From the sequence record MG655270.1: a DNA stretch of 64,000 nucleotides; one strand, written 5' to 3'. Numbering within the stretch: the first letter of the stretch is position 1; each line of letters opens with the position of its first letter. Shown here piece after piece: positions 9,128 to 18,613 of the stretch. Made by a program: the position numbers and the translations under genes. The notes under the pieces were generated by a model. It did not search any database and was not told the origin of the DNA. It saw nothing but the letters and a program-made list of their open reading frames with translations.

Positions 9128-9532
9128 ATGGCAGAGCGTGTAGTTCCAACCATGTCCGTAACCGGGTACGTAACCGGCGTGACTGAAACCATTGACCGGA
9201 TGTTTGCCTACTGGCTGACCGCACAATACTCTCAAACGTATCTTGCGCGCGGTAACATCCACTCCCTTCAATATTTGATCCAGCAGTATGACGGTAACCC
9301 AGAGCGTCTGTGTGATGCGGTGGTGAAAGACCTCAAGAACTATTTTACGGGTCCGTTTGATGCCGCCACGGTTACCTGTAATCCACGCTATGCAACCAGT
9401 GAGCGTGATGAGAAGTTCTATATGCTGGAGATCGATATCAAAGTCTCCAATGGCGATATCGGTTATGATGTTGGTCGCCGTCTGCTAGAGATTGAAGACG
9501 GTATCTTTAAACGCATTGTAGGTACTCTGTAA
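9128..9532 (+). CDS. Conserved jumbo-phage protein, possibly T4 gp25-like baseplate protein
   Basis: RBS AGAGGA; size and alpha/beta pattern are gp25-like (inference); core-block position upstream of sbcD. Confidence 0.5.
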   Translation: MAERVVPTMSVTGYVTGVTETIDRMFAYWLTAQYSQTYLARGNIHSLQYLIQQYDGNPERLCDAVVKDLKNYFTGPFDAATVTCNPRYATSERDEKFYMLEIDIKVSNGDIGYDVGRRLLEIEDGIFKRIVGTL

Positions 9533-10134
9533 TGGCACAAACCGAACACGATAAAATGATGCACCAGCGGGCAGGGTCGATTGAGCGCCGCCTGGCACAG
9601 GCCGCCCAGCATGAACGTAATCCCCAGATCCAGGAAGCGGAGTTCACGCGGGTATTCCTGCCGATGTTTGTTGGTGGGGGTGAATACATTAATCAGGATG
9701 CCTGGGTAGCGGTTGCCGGCTCTGTTAATAATGAAGTCGATGTCTTCCGCGGGCAAGAGTACCTTTATACCCTGCCAGCCTTAGCCATCCCGATTCGCTC
9801 TGAGATCTCCAGTCGTAGCCAAAATGGTCGCATGGGTGATAACTGGATGGGCACAGGCTTAAACGCCGCAGACGATCCAGGCTCAATTGAGAGCGTGATG
9901 TCGATCGATGCCAAGGGTAAGCAGGTTGCGTTAGCCAGTACTGCTGAGGAGCACATGGCACGCTGGGATGAGGTGTTCAAACGTTACGGGCTGGACTACC
10001 GCGTAATCCGTGCTGACCTCCATGAACGTAAAACAGGTCAGAAAGTTAATCCCAACATTATCGATCAATCAGATAAGGCATTAGCGACTAAACAGGTTGA
10101 GCTCGATGACAACGGTGATTACGAAGACTACTAA
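9532..10134 (+). CDS. Conserved hypothetical jumbo-phage protein
   Basis: TAATG overlap with the previous gene; 200 aa. Confidence 0.7.
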   Translation: MAQTEHDKMMHQRAGSIERRLAQAAQHERNPQIQEAEFTRVFLPMFVGGGEYINQDAWVAVAGSVNNEVDVFRGQEYLYTLPALAIPIRSEISSRSQNGRMGDNWMGTGLNAADDPGSIESVMSIDAKGKQVALASTAEEHMARWDEVFKRYGLDYRVIRADLHERKTGQKVNPNIIDQSDKALATKQVELDDNGDYEDY

Positions 10135-10144
10135 AAAACCTGGC

Positions 10145-11251
10145 ATGGTACGGATTATTCAGACAGGCGATATTCACCTCTGTCATAAGCGCACCCCAAC
10201 GGCGAACATTATCCGTACCCTGAACTACATCTTCTATGAAAACGAATCCTTGGCTGAAACCGACCTTATCATCCTTGCCGGGGATGTCTGGGATACTTTG
10301 GTAACCATGCCTAATGACGATGCATTATTAGCTCGTCAATGGATTCGTAAGTTTGTCGAAGATTGTGCATACCACAATGTGATCTTAGATGTGTTAGAAG
10401 GCACTCCTGATCATGATTGGGAGCAGTCTTCTGAATTCACCCTCTTTGAAACCAGCTGTGAAGTGCGCTACATCAAAACCCTGCAGATTGTCCGTCATGA
10501 GCACTTGGATTTAAATATCCTTTATGTGCCCGATGAATGGCGCCCAACCATCGAAGCGATCTGGGAAGATGTGTGTGTGGCGATGACTGAAGCCGGACTG
10601 GATAAGGTAGATGTCGCAGTAGTGCACGGGGGATTTGATTTTAACTTCCCGCCGGAGTACAACATCAAAGGCCACAGCGCTGAGCGCTTTAGCAGCATTG
10701 TCAAACATGCGGTGTTTGCTAACCACATCCACAAAGCCCAGAGCTTTATGAAAGTGCACGGTCCAGGTTCACCGGATCGATTAGCCCAGGGTGAGGAAGG
10801 GGACAAAGGTTACCATCGGGTGGTGATTGATCAGAAGACCGATCAGATGCGCATCCAGTGGATTAAGAACCCACACGCCTGGACCCATATCGCAATCAAC
10901 GTTGCAGATATGTCGGTTGAGGAGATCGTCGCCAAAGCCAAAGCGATCGCAGCACCACTAAGAGCCGGCAGTTATCTGCGTTTTGATAACGGTGATCCCT
11001 TAGTGGTGAAAGCGGTACTGTGGGCATTGAAAGCAGAAATCCCGCATGTGATCTTGGAGTACAAAAACAAGAAGCAAGCAGGGATCACGCAAACGCACCA
11101 AACTTATGCCAAGAAGTTTTCTGGCACCCACATTAACCGCAACAATGCCAAAGAGTCGATCGTCGGCTGGTTGCAGGGTAAAGGGTTAACGGACGACTCA
11201 CAGGGTCAGTATTTAAGTGATATCTTACAGCGCGCCATGGCGCTGAAGTAG
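10145..11251 (+). CDS. sbcD: SbcD/Mre11-like metallophosphoesterase nuclease (phiKZ gp65-like)
   Basis: Motifs GDIH, GDVWD, GTPDHD, HG, NHIH and GSPDR; start placed at ATG 10145. Confidence 0.85.
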   Translation: MVRIIQTGDIHLCHKRTPTANIIRTLNYIFYENESLAETDLIILAGDVWDTLVTMPNDDALLARQWIRKFVEDCAYHNVILDVLEGTPDHDWEQSSEFTLFETSCEVRYIKTLQIVRHEHLDLNILYVPDEWRPTIEAIWEDVCVAMTEAGLDKVDVAVVHGGFDFNFPPEYNIKGHSAERFSSIVKHAVFANHIHKAQSFMKVHGPGSPDRLAQGEEGDKGYHRVVIDQKTDQMRIQWIKNPHAWTHIAINVADMSVEEIVAKAKAIAAPLRAGSYLRFDNGDPLVVKAVLWALKAEIPHVILEYKNKKQAGITQTHQTYAKKFSGTHINRNNAKESIVGWLQGKGLTDDSQGQYLSDILQRAMALK

Positions 11252-11261
11252 TGAGGGTGTT

Positions 11262-12062
11262 ATGGCTGACAGGACCATGGGGATCTTGCCGATGTCAGTC
11301 GGCACCTCCCTTTCATTTGAAGCATTAATGGCAAAACCAGTTGAACCGATTGAAACCTTAGTGCTGAACATCGGGACCATCTTTCGTAATGTCTATCAGG
11401 CGTATGATACCGATGACCGCGATCGCTTAGGGATTGATAAGTTGCATGACGATATGATTGCAGATATGTCAGCGATTTACGACATCTTAAAAGACATCGG
11501 GAAAGCGGGTGTGCCAGATTACAAACTGTATCACGGGCGCTATGAACGGTTAGCTTCCGCCTTTCCACTGGCGAAGATCTGGGAGCCTTCTTCGGATATT
11601 CAGAAGACGTACGCACGACTTGAACGTAACGTCCTGGAGAAGGTGATCAAGACAATGCGGGGGTTGGTACAAGAGGTGGATCACACCTTACCGATTTCCG
11701 TAAAGAATACCTATGTGATGACCCATCACATCGTAGACCTGGTTGTGCCGGCTGGTTACGGTGAAATTACGTTGGTGGAATCCCATACAGGTGCCTTGAA
11801 GAAGAAACCGTTATGGCACACCAAACTCACCAACGGGCGTTCGCTTGAGCGTATTCCGTTTAACCGACTGACCTTGCAGGTGTTCGGTGATAACTCTGTA
11901 AACTTCAAAGCCAACAGCTTTAAATACAAAGCGGCACTGATGAAGCTTGCAGAGGAGAACAAGTGGACACCCATGGCAACCCGTGATCGTATCAAGCTTG
12001 GCATTGAAACGTTAAAGGACGCGCAGCTGAAAGCGGACTTGTCAAAAATGCTCAGTGTATAA
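11262..12062 (+). CDS. Conserved core protein, possible PIN/FEN-like 5'-3' exonuclease
   Basis: LNIGTIFRN, THHIVD and LTLQVFGD segments resemble a flap-nuclease/RNase H fold; function is inferred. Confidence 0.45.
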   Translation: MADRTMGILPMSVGTSLSFEALMAKPVEPIETLVLNIGTIFRNVYQAYDTDDRDRLGIDKLHDDMIADMSAIYDILKDIGKAGVPDYKLYHGRYERLASAFPLAKIWEPSSDIQKTYARLERNVLEKVIKTMRGLVQEVDHTLPISVKNTYVMTHHIVDLVVPAGYGEITLVESHTGALKKKPLWHTKLTNGRSLERIPFNRLTLQVFGDNSVNFKANSFKYKAALMKLAEENKWTPMATRDRIKLGIETLKDAQLKADLSKMLSV

Positions 12063-12125
12063 ATCAACATAACTGCTCTAACTTTATAGAGCAGTATAAC
12101 TAATTAGTCCTAAAAGGAGCAACAC

Positions 12126-12896
12126 ATGGCTGGTCCACAGCGTCAATTTAAAGCTCGTGAAAAATCTTACTTGAGCGAGTACTCGATGAACCTTCAGGGC
12201 CCGGTGCAAGCTGGCGCTCAGTTCCCTGCTGAATTCCGCATGGCCTTTGCAGCCAACAAAGTGGCCATTCAGGTTGAAACCAAAAACCGTGATAACAAAA
12301 ATAACGGTCGCTTTGAAATCGTTGTTCCTTATCTGGGCGCTATCGGTGTGCTGAATACGATCGACAAGCTTATTCAGGACAAAGCACGCAGTAAGCTGCA
12401 ATACAAAGTGAAAGACTTCGTTTACTTCGGTAAAGGTAACAAGTCTGACTCACCAATGATCAAAGGCACCCTGACTGTAGGGCGTGATAACGAAGGCTGT
12501 CTCTATATCGGCATGTCCGGTAAAGACATCACCCCAATCAAATTCATCTTCGCCCTGCCGGCGCATGATGAACTGTGCGATGACTCAGGTCAGCGTCTGG
12601 GTGATGCTGAGCACTCTGAGTTTGCTGCGAAGAACTTCGTGGTCGGTTACCTGGGCCTGCTGCCAGTGGTGATGGGTATTCACTATACCCCACCTGAACC
12701 GAAGAACCCAGATGGCGGTAATGGCGGTGGCGGTGGTCAAGGTGGTGGCGGCTGGGGCGGTAATGGCGGCGGGAACCGTGGCGGTGGTAATGGCGGGGGA
12801 AACCAGTACAGCCAAGGCGGCAATCAGGGCGGCGGGAACGCCTCTGGTTCTGGTAGCAGCGGCGGCGGTGACTTCGCAGATGACCTGCCTTTCTAA
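12126..12896 (+). CDS. chmC: Nucleic-acid-binding protein with Gly/Asn-rich tail; probable ChmC (phiKZ gp67-like)
   Basis: About 190-aa folded domain plus a G/N/Q low-complexity tail ending DFADDLPF; lies just upstream of the sigma-like and picA genes, where ChmC is expected. Confidence 0.65.
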   Translation: MAGPQRQFKAREKSYLSEYSMNLQGPVQAGAQFPAEFRMAFAANKVAIQVETKNRDNKNNGRFEIVVPYLGAIGVLNTIDKLIQDKARSKLQYKVKDFVYFGKGNKSDSPMIKGTLTVGRDNEGCLYIGMSGKDITPIKFIFALPAHDELCDDSGQRLGDAEHSEFAAKNFVVGYLGLLPVVMGIHYTPPEPKNPDGGNGGGGGQGGGGWGGNGGGNRGGGNGGGNQYSQGGNQGGGNASGSGSSGGGDFADDLPF

Positions 12897-12948
12897 ATAG
12901 ACAGGACGATGAATTCAGCATAAGTCATTGTCTGGGTTCATCCACAAC

Positions 12949-12979
12949 AGAGGAGGGTGAAAACCCTCCTCTTGTGCCG
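12949..12979 (+). terminator. Hairpin + TTGTGCCG variant after chmC
   Basis: AGAGGAGGGT-GAAA-ACCCTCCTCT-TGTGCCG. Confidence 0.65.
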
Positions 12980-13297
12980 TCCACGGACTGGGCTATAGCT
13001 CACGCTTACTCCCCAGGGTATGGGCGATTCAAACGCCGACATTTCAGGAAGAATACGCGCAAGCGACCCCCACGGCCATGTAAGAATAAAAGTAAGTTGA
13101 TGAAGGTGGCTCAGAGTAAGTTGGGTTATGCGATCATGACAGGCAGGGTAATTAGGCAGGCGGTATGTGATGAGTGTGAGGCGGATGAACGTATCGAGCC
13201 TTTGCAAGTCAATTATGCTAAGCCGTATATCGTGCTGTGGCTTTGTCCACGTTGTCATGCTGACTGGTACCTGACAAATGAGCCGGCGTACAGCTGA
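12974..13297 (+). CDS. Degenerate HNH-like zinc-binding protein
   Basis: AIMTGRVIRQAVCDEC...EPLQVNYAKPYIVLWLCPRCHADW follows the small phage HNH pattern C..C..EAHHxDYSKPLxVxWLCxxCH, but HH is replaced by LQ. Start uncertain. Confidence 0.55.
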   Translation: MPSTDWAIAHAYSPGYGRFKRRHFRKNTRKRPPRPCKNKSKLMKVAQSKLGYAIMTGRVIRQAVCDECEADERIEPLQVNYAKPYIVLWLCPRCHADWYLTNEPAYS

Positions 13298-13328
13298 GGG
13301 TTTCGGCCCTCCTTTATGATACCAAGAG

Positions 13329-13727
13329 GTGACAATGTTTGAAGAACCGACACATGTTCGTTATGCATTGGTAACCCGCCCTCAACACGATGAGAAGGTA
13401 ACACTGACACCCTGTGATAATCTGATCGAAGCGGTACACAAACAAGACCGTTACGATTCGATTGCTTCTGTGGTGATCTGTGATGACTTCAAAGCGCAGG
13501 CGGTGGATGTCCGGTTACACTTTATCACGGGTCCGGATGACTCGGCGTACCGTGCAAAGGAAATGTTACTGGGTTCTTTTATACACCAGAACAATGGTTG
13601 GATTCCCCGTCATGTTACGGGTTGTATGATAGACGCTTTTGATGACGAGACCCTTATCTTCATCCAAAGCCTACTATCTTTCTTTGATTCACACAGAACC
13701 AATTTTGCTCGTTCGCTTGCTTCGTAA
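13329..13727 (+). CDS. Hypothetical protein
   Basis: RBS AGAGG; 132 aa. Confidence 0.65.
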   Translation: MTMFEEPTHVRYALVTRPQHDEKVTLTPCDNLIEAVHKQDRYDSIASVVICDDFKAQAVDVRLHFITGPDDSAYRAKEMLLGSFIHQNNGWIPRHVTGCMIDAFDDETLIFIQSLLSFFDSHRTNFARSLAS

Positions 13728-13832
13728 TTTTTATTGCTGGATGCGGTAAACCCGCTCCAGCCCTTATGCCGCCTGTAATATCGTACATTATTCTACTATC
13801 TATTAGAGGAACAAATAATCTTAAATATTTAC

Positions 13833-13846
13833 AAGCCTACATTATC
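13833..13846 (+). promoter_or_regulatory. Variant phage promoter upstream of the nvRNAP sigma-like gene
   Basis: AAGCCTACATTATC; similar to 18974 and 37739. Confidence 0.55.
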
Positions 13847-13904
13847 AACATGTCATAGCAGTATGTGATTTAACCTACCGTGTGATCACCGGGAGCAGCC
13901 ACCA

Positions 13905-15449
13905 ATGATGTTTAAGTACACCACCAAATCGACCTCTGAGAAGGTATGGTTAAACACAATCATAGTTGTCAGTCGTCATGGCGAAGAGATTGTGTTTAAC
14001 GAAAACAACTTCTTCAAGTCGGAAGAGAAGGACCACAAAGGAACCTTCGACGAACTGAATCTCTATCTCTTGCGTTGCCTGAGTAACGAGCAACGTGATC
14101 GGATGTTTGAGTTCTATAAGCAAATCAGTTATATCCTGAAAACGGAACTGTCGGTCACGAAGGTCCTTCTGCCAAAGTTGCAGCCTTTGGTTAAAGGGAT
14201 CTACGACCTGGTTAGCTTAAGCGACCTGAACGTCTTCATGTATGAAAACAAACTGACGCACATCCCGAACAGCGTACTGGATACCATCCCGTCCTCGAAA
14301 GAGTACCCGACGATGACCACGTATGTGAAAGCGGATTACGTCAAGCTGGTTAACCTGTCGGTATTGTTGCATCTGATGGCGCCGATCATTGCGGACTATG
14401 TCAGCAAGGTCAGTGAGTCAACCGGCAAGCAGTTTAAAGAACACGCCGCCTTACCGTTACTGGAATACACCAACATCATGTATTCTGATGAGATGGTCAA
14501 GCTGCGTAACTTCGTGACCGCCAACTGCAGTAAAAAGCCAGTGCCGTTATCAGCCACCTTAGAAGGGATGTCAGAAGAGTCGTTCCCGGATTGGATGCTG
14601 GCTTCGGTCATTGCACGTAAGCTGTGTATCAACCATGTACGGCGTGGGGATGAAAACGGACACCTGGTTGCTGCGGTGTTTGCGTACATCAACTACAACA
14701 TCAAACTGGATGGTAAGTTTGGTGGTGGGGTCATGCCAAAGAAAGAGCGTCGGGGTCTGGGAGAAGATGAGCGCGAGAAAGCGGTCATTGATAACTGGAA
14801 GATGAAAGAGGATGTGGACAAGATCGATATCTTAGCCTGTGCTGTTGGCTTTGATGATCCGGTTGCCGCGGCCAAGTTCATTGAGCCTGACATCGATCCA
14901 AACATGGTGATCCGTTGCCTGAATGCGATTCCACAAGCCTGGAACTTCAGCATGACTCGTCATCAGAGCATTCTGTTGCAATGGGTAGTGGGTGAGCTTC
15001 TGCCGCATATCGGTGATACGTATGTGCCGCCGTTGACCGTTGAGTATTACGATTACGATGTCTGCGTGAAGTTGGTCGGGATTGCACAAGCGGTACTGTG
15101 GCATCGGGGTTATCCGAAGCTTGCAGTGTTTGCTGCGACTTATCCGTCTGAAGTAGATGCCGGCGGGATGCCGAATGCCGTGATGCCATTAGAACTGAAA
15201 GTGATGGCAGAGCTGGAAGCGTATTACGGTAATGTGCGTCTGGGTAAACGTCAGGACAGCAGCGATGGCTTGGTGCATAAAACCATCAACACCATGGTTA
15301 CCTCATTGTTAGAAGATGATTATCAGGTCGTAGGCCCTGATGAATTGTTAGCGTTATCTGGGGTGGTAGATTTCGAACGTCGAATCGTCATTCCTGAAAG
15401 CCTATATTACGATATTGCTGGCTACATTCGTTTCTTAGCCACTCGTTAA
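13905..15449 (+). CDS. nvRNAP sigma-like specificity subunit (phiKZ gp68-like)
   Basis: 514-aa helical protein in the core position two genes before the Q-rich gene and the beta C-half; assigned by size and synteny. Confidence 0.7.
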   Translation: MMFKYTTKSTSEKVWLNTIIVVSRHGEEIVFNENNFFKSEEKDHKGTFDELNLYLLRCLSNEQRDRMFEFYKQISYILKTELSVTKVLLPKLQPLVKGIYDLVSLSDLNVFMYENKLTHIPNSVLDTIPSSKEYPTMTTYVKADYVKLVNLSVLLHLMAPIIADYVSKVSESTGKQFKEHAALPLLEYTNIMYSDEMVKLRNFVTANCSKKPVPLSATLEGMSEESFPDWMLASVIARKLCINHVRRGDENGHLVAAVFAYINYNIKLDGKFGGGVMPKKERRGLGEDEREKAVIDNWKMKEDVDKIDILACAVGFDDPVAAAKFIEPDIDPNMVIRCLNAIPQAWNFSMTRHQSILLQWVVGELLPHIGDTYVPPLTVEYYDYDVCVKLVGIAQAVLWHRGYPKLAVFAATYPSEVDAGGMPNAVMPLELKVMAELEAYYGNVRLGKRQDSSDGLVHKTINTMVTSLLEDDYQVVGPDELLALSGVVDFERRIVIPESLYYDIAGYIRFLATR

Positions 15450-15484
15450 CTTAATTTAATCTACACCGTTAGGAGTCACCCAAG

Positions 15485-17002
15485 ATGTTACCTACCCAAA
15501 ACATTCAGTTCGAAGGCTATGTTGAGAAAGCTGCTATCTGCCGTACACCAGCTTATCAGGACATGTACCGTCGACCGTACAGCATGAATATCAGTCAGGA
15601 CACCGCATCCGTTATTGGTAACATGAGTGCCGGTGTGGATTATTCTCGTGAGCGTTTAGCGCCGATTGCCGCATCGGTCATTGCGCCACAGACTTACGTT
15701 GAATCGGTTTGTAACGTACCAGAGGGCTGGGGTTCTGAGCGTTGTCTCTTCATTCTGAAGATCGTTCACGGTCGTCCGGGTGACCAGGGTCTGAACAAAC
15801 GTGTGCAGTATCTGACCGGCTACACCAGTCACATGGGCATGATGCCAAGTCAGATGCGTGCGAATGATGTTGTTGTTGATGACAACATGCGTCTGTTCTT
15901 TAACACCAGTATGCTGTTTAACGAAACCAGCCATATCGATGGTTATGGTCGTAAGCTCGTCACCGCCATGCCGTTGATGGCAAGTCAGTTGGTAATGGGT
16001 CAGCACGGTGGGGTGCATGGTCATAACGATCGTACGTTGCGTCCTGAAGATGTTTACTCAGCAATCAATGTTGGACAGCTGATTCAGCAGAACAACCAGT
16101 ATGATCAAAGCCGTGGTACCAATGGTCCGATTGGTCAGCTGTATGATGGTCGTACTGCTTTCCAACCTGGTCAGCCGTATAAGCTTTCTCAGCTGAATAA
16201 CCTGGTGCCTTCAAACTACCTCAGTAAAGTGCTGACCGGTGCAGCCACCGAACAGCTGACCTTAGGTGGTCAACGTGCAAACCCAGCGGATACCAGCAAT
16301 CAGATCGCAACTGGCCTGAACGAAGGTTATCTGTCTAACGACCTGACCCTGCAGCACATCCTGGATCGCACCGGTCTGCGTGAAAACTGCTCAATCACAT
16401 TTGGTGAATTGCGTCGTATTCTGCCGAACATTGATGCACCGGGTATTTTGACCAAAGCGGGTATGGAAGGTGTCGGTACTGGTCAGGTTGCCGGTGCAGT
16501 AGGTGGTGCTGGTTCTGAACATCATCAGGGTTCGAACTATGAAACCGTGATTGCCAACATGCTGAACAATGTGACCACTGCACTGATGATGGATCTGATG
16601 ATCGGTGAGATTCATTGTAATGGCGGTAACATGACCGTAGCCGATGTGGCGACTGGTACAATGAGCGGTCAGTTCCTGTTGAACACGCCGTACGCAACTT
16701 CCTTCGTGGATGGTCGTGATGCGGTGGCGCTGTGTGAATCGTTTAAGCTGCGTCTGGTGCGTGAGTTCCTGTCAAGCTTTACCGGCCACAACCACGTGCC
16801 AATCGGTTTTGCAATCCATGCAAGTCTGATGGCCGAAACGGTTATTGATGTCTCTTACAATAACCAACCGAAGATTCGCTTCGTGTTCCCGGTCTTTGCG
16901 AACGCGTCGTATACCCCGATTATCACTGGCGATCAGAACACTCTGAACTCCATTGCCGTACACACACGTGAACTGGTCCAGCAGCTGACCAACGTCTTTT
17001 AA
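15485..17002 (+). CDS. picA: Probable phage-nucleus protein importer PicA/Imp1 (phiKZ gp69-like)
   Basis: 505 aa, immediately after the gp68-like gene; assigned mainly by synteny. Confidence 0.65.
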   Translation: MLPTQNIQFEGYVEKAAICRTPAYQDMYRRPYSMNISQDTASVIGNMSAGVDYSRERLAPIAASVIAPQTYVESVCNVPEGWGSERCLFILKIVHGRPGDQGLNKRVQYLTGYTSHMGMMPSQMRANDVVVDDNMRLFFNTSMLFNETSHIDGYGRKLVTAMPLMASQLVMGQHGGVHGHNDRTLRPEDVYSAINVGQLIQQNNQYDQSRGTNGPIGQLYDGRTAFQPGQPYKLSQLNNLVPSNYLSKVLTGAATEQLTLGGQRANPADTSNQIATGLNEGYLSNDLTLQHILDRTGLRENCSITFGELRRILPNIDAPGILTKAGMEGVGTGQVAGAVGGAGSEHHQGSNYETVIANMLNNVTTALMMDLMIGEIHCNGGNMTVADVATGTMSGQFLLNTPYATSFVDGRDAVALCESFKLRLVREFLSSFTGHNHVPIGFAIHASLMAETVIDVSYNNQPKIRFVFPVFANASYTPIITGDQNTLNSIAVHTRELVQQLTNVF

Positions 17003-17016
17003 GGAAAAGATAAACC

Positions 17017-18561
17017 ATGACAACTCCACTTATTAACTATTACACGGGCTTCCTGGAATCGACGGGCGCTGTGATTGATCAGTCCACCGGTGTGGTGAGC
17101 TATGAACGTTCCACCGGTTTAAAGCCGGTGTTAATCGATGGCAAAGAGCTGATCCTGCCCATCCGTGCGTTTCAGGATAAGCCGGACTGGACGCGTTATG
17201 TGCCATTCCATCCGCTGTCTGAATCGATTGCTCGTGGTGAATCGGAAGTGCTGCAGAAAGCCAAAGAGCTGATCAGTCTGAAGCTGTTCCTGAAATATGC
17301 GGAACTGTCTGAAGCGCTGCTGATGCTGGCAGTGAACTCTGAATCGCAGGCGAAGCTCACCCCTACCCAGATGAAGTTCCTGGAAGGGCTGGGTGATGCG
17401 GATGAGAAAACGGTTGAGAACTTCTCAAAGATCCTGGCGAAATCCAAAGCGACCTTTGAAGGTGGTGAGAACCGTTGTCTGGTATCGTTGTTCCTGAAAC
17501 GTGGCGGTACACTCAACGGGCAGAAGTTTGCCCGTCTGTGTGTCGTGGCGTTCCCGTACTACGAAGCGTTGTGTAAGATCGAAAACGAACCTGCGGATAA
17601 GCGCGTGGTGTTTGGTGTGCCATTGCGTGCCAAAGACATCAAAGTGCTGAAGCGTCTGCATGAAGTGATCGTACCGAACAGCGATGACGGGATCTACTCG
17701 ATCGGGACTAACGTACAGACTGCGCCGTACTGGGGTGCGTTGATGATGACTTACGTCAACATCCTGAACCAGTTCAACAGCGTAATCAAACCGTTCTCGA
17801 AAGTGATCAAATCGCTGAAGGCGGTTGATACCTCGTGGGATGTGGGCGATGAGTTGCAGCAGTTCCGTGCTGAGATTCCACCGATGCCGTATAATGAAGG
17901 TGCGGATTCCAGCAAACCAGCTGAAACAACCCAGCCTCTGCAGACCCAACAGCAGCCTGTTGCGACGCAGCCACAAACCATCCCACAACCAACCGGTAAT
18001 CTGGTGCAGCAACCAGCAACCATCCAGCAGGCGCCGAGCTTTAACGGTAATCAGAACCAGTCCAACACAGTCACCCATCCGCCAGCTCACAACGTTAAAC
18101 CATCTAACGGTGGCGGTGTGAACTTCGCTGATGCGATGAACAAGTCGGGCATGGGGATGATGCCACAAATGCAGATGCCAGGGATGATGCCACAGATGTA
18201 TCCTCAGCAGGGCTACCCACAGCAGCAGATGCCAATGTATCCGCAACAGCAAATGTATCCTCAGATGCAAATGCAAATGCCGATGCAGCAGCTTCCAATG
18301 CCACCGGTCTCTCAGCCGCAGGGTCAGCAGCAATTCCCGCAGCAGATGTATTATCAAAATGGTCAGTTGCCAATGCCGCCGGTTAGCCAGCAGCAACAGC
18401 AAGGTTACCCACAGCAGGGCATGTATCCTCAGCAGCAGATGATGCAGCCTCAAATGTACCCGCAGATGCAAATGCCTGGCATGATGCCACAAATGCAGAT
18501 GCCGGGTATGATGCAGCAGGGTTACCCGCAACAGCCACAGATGTTCCAGTTCGGGCGTTAA
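17017..18561 (+). CDS. Conserved core protein (phiKZ gp70-like) with Q/M/P-rich low-complexity C-terminus
   Basis: About 290-aa folded N-terminal domain, then Q/P/T and MMPQMQMPG/YPQQ repeats. Confidence 0.75.
   Translation: MTTPLINYYTGFLESTGAVIDQSTGVVSYERSTGLKPVLIDGKELILPIRAFQDKPDWTRYVPFHPLSESIARGESEVLQKAKELISLKLFLKYAELSEALLMLAVNSESQAKLTPTQMKFLEGLGDADEKTVENFSKILAKSKATFEGGENRCLVSLFLKRGGTLNGQKFARLCVVAFPYYEALCKIENEPADKRVVFGVPLRAKDIKVLKRLHEVIVPNSDDGIYSIGTNVQTAPYWGALMMTYVNILNQFNSVIKPFSKVIKSLKAVDTSWDVGDELQQFRAEIPPMPYNEGADSSKPAETTQPLQTQQQPVATQPQTIPQPTGNLVQQPATIQQAPSFNGNQNQSNTVTHPPAHNVKPSNGGGVNFADAMNKSGMGMMPQMQMPGMMPQMYPQQGYPQQQMPMYPQQQMYPQMQMQMPMQQLPMPPVSQPQGQQQFPQQMYYQNGQLPMPPVSQQQQQGYPQQGMYPQQQMMQPQMYPQMQMPGMMPQMQMPGMMQQGYPQQPQMFQFGR
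18140..18540 (+). repeat. Imperfect coding repeats (MMPQMQMPG, YPQQ, LPMPPVSQ)
   Basis: atgatgccacaaatgcagatgcc occurs twice and LPMPPVSQ occurs twice in the translation. Confidence 0.8.
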
Positions 18562-18575
18562 TCTATAAATCTGAT

Positions 18576-18603
18576 CGGCATAAGGAGAGGCTACGGCCTC
18601 TCC
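18576..18603. terminator. Bidirectional hairpin with TTATGCCG on the minus strand
   Basis: CGGCATAA-GGAGAGGC-TACG-GCCTCTCC at a convergent junction. Confidence 0.75.
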
Positions 18604-18613
18604 TCTTTCAGAG

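Noticed and set aside
12700-12880. GGC/GGT-rich tract as a DNA repeat or G-quadruplex
   Set aside because: Fully explained by the Gly-rich coding tail.
12126-12896. Plain bacterial-type ssb call
   Set aside because: Only the tail is SSB-like; the N-terminal domain lacks recognisable SSB motifs and synteny favours ChmC.
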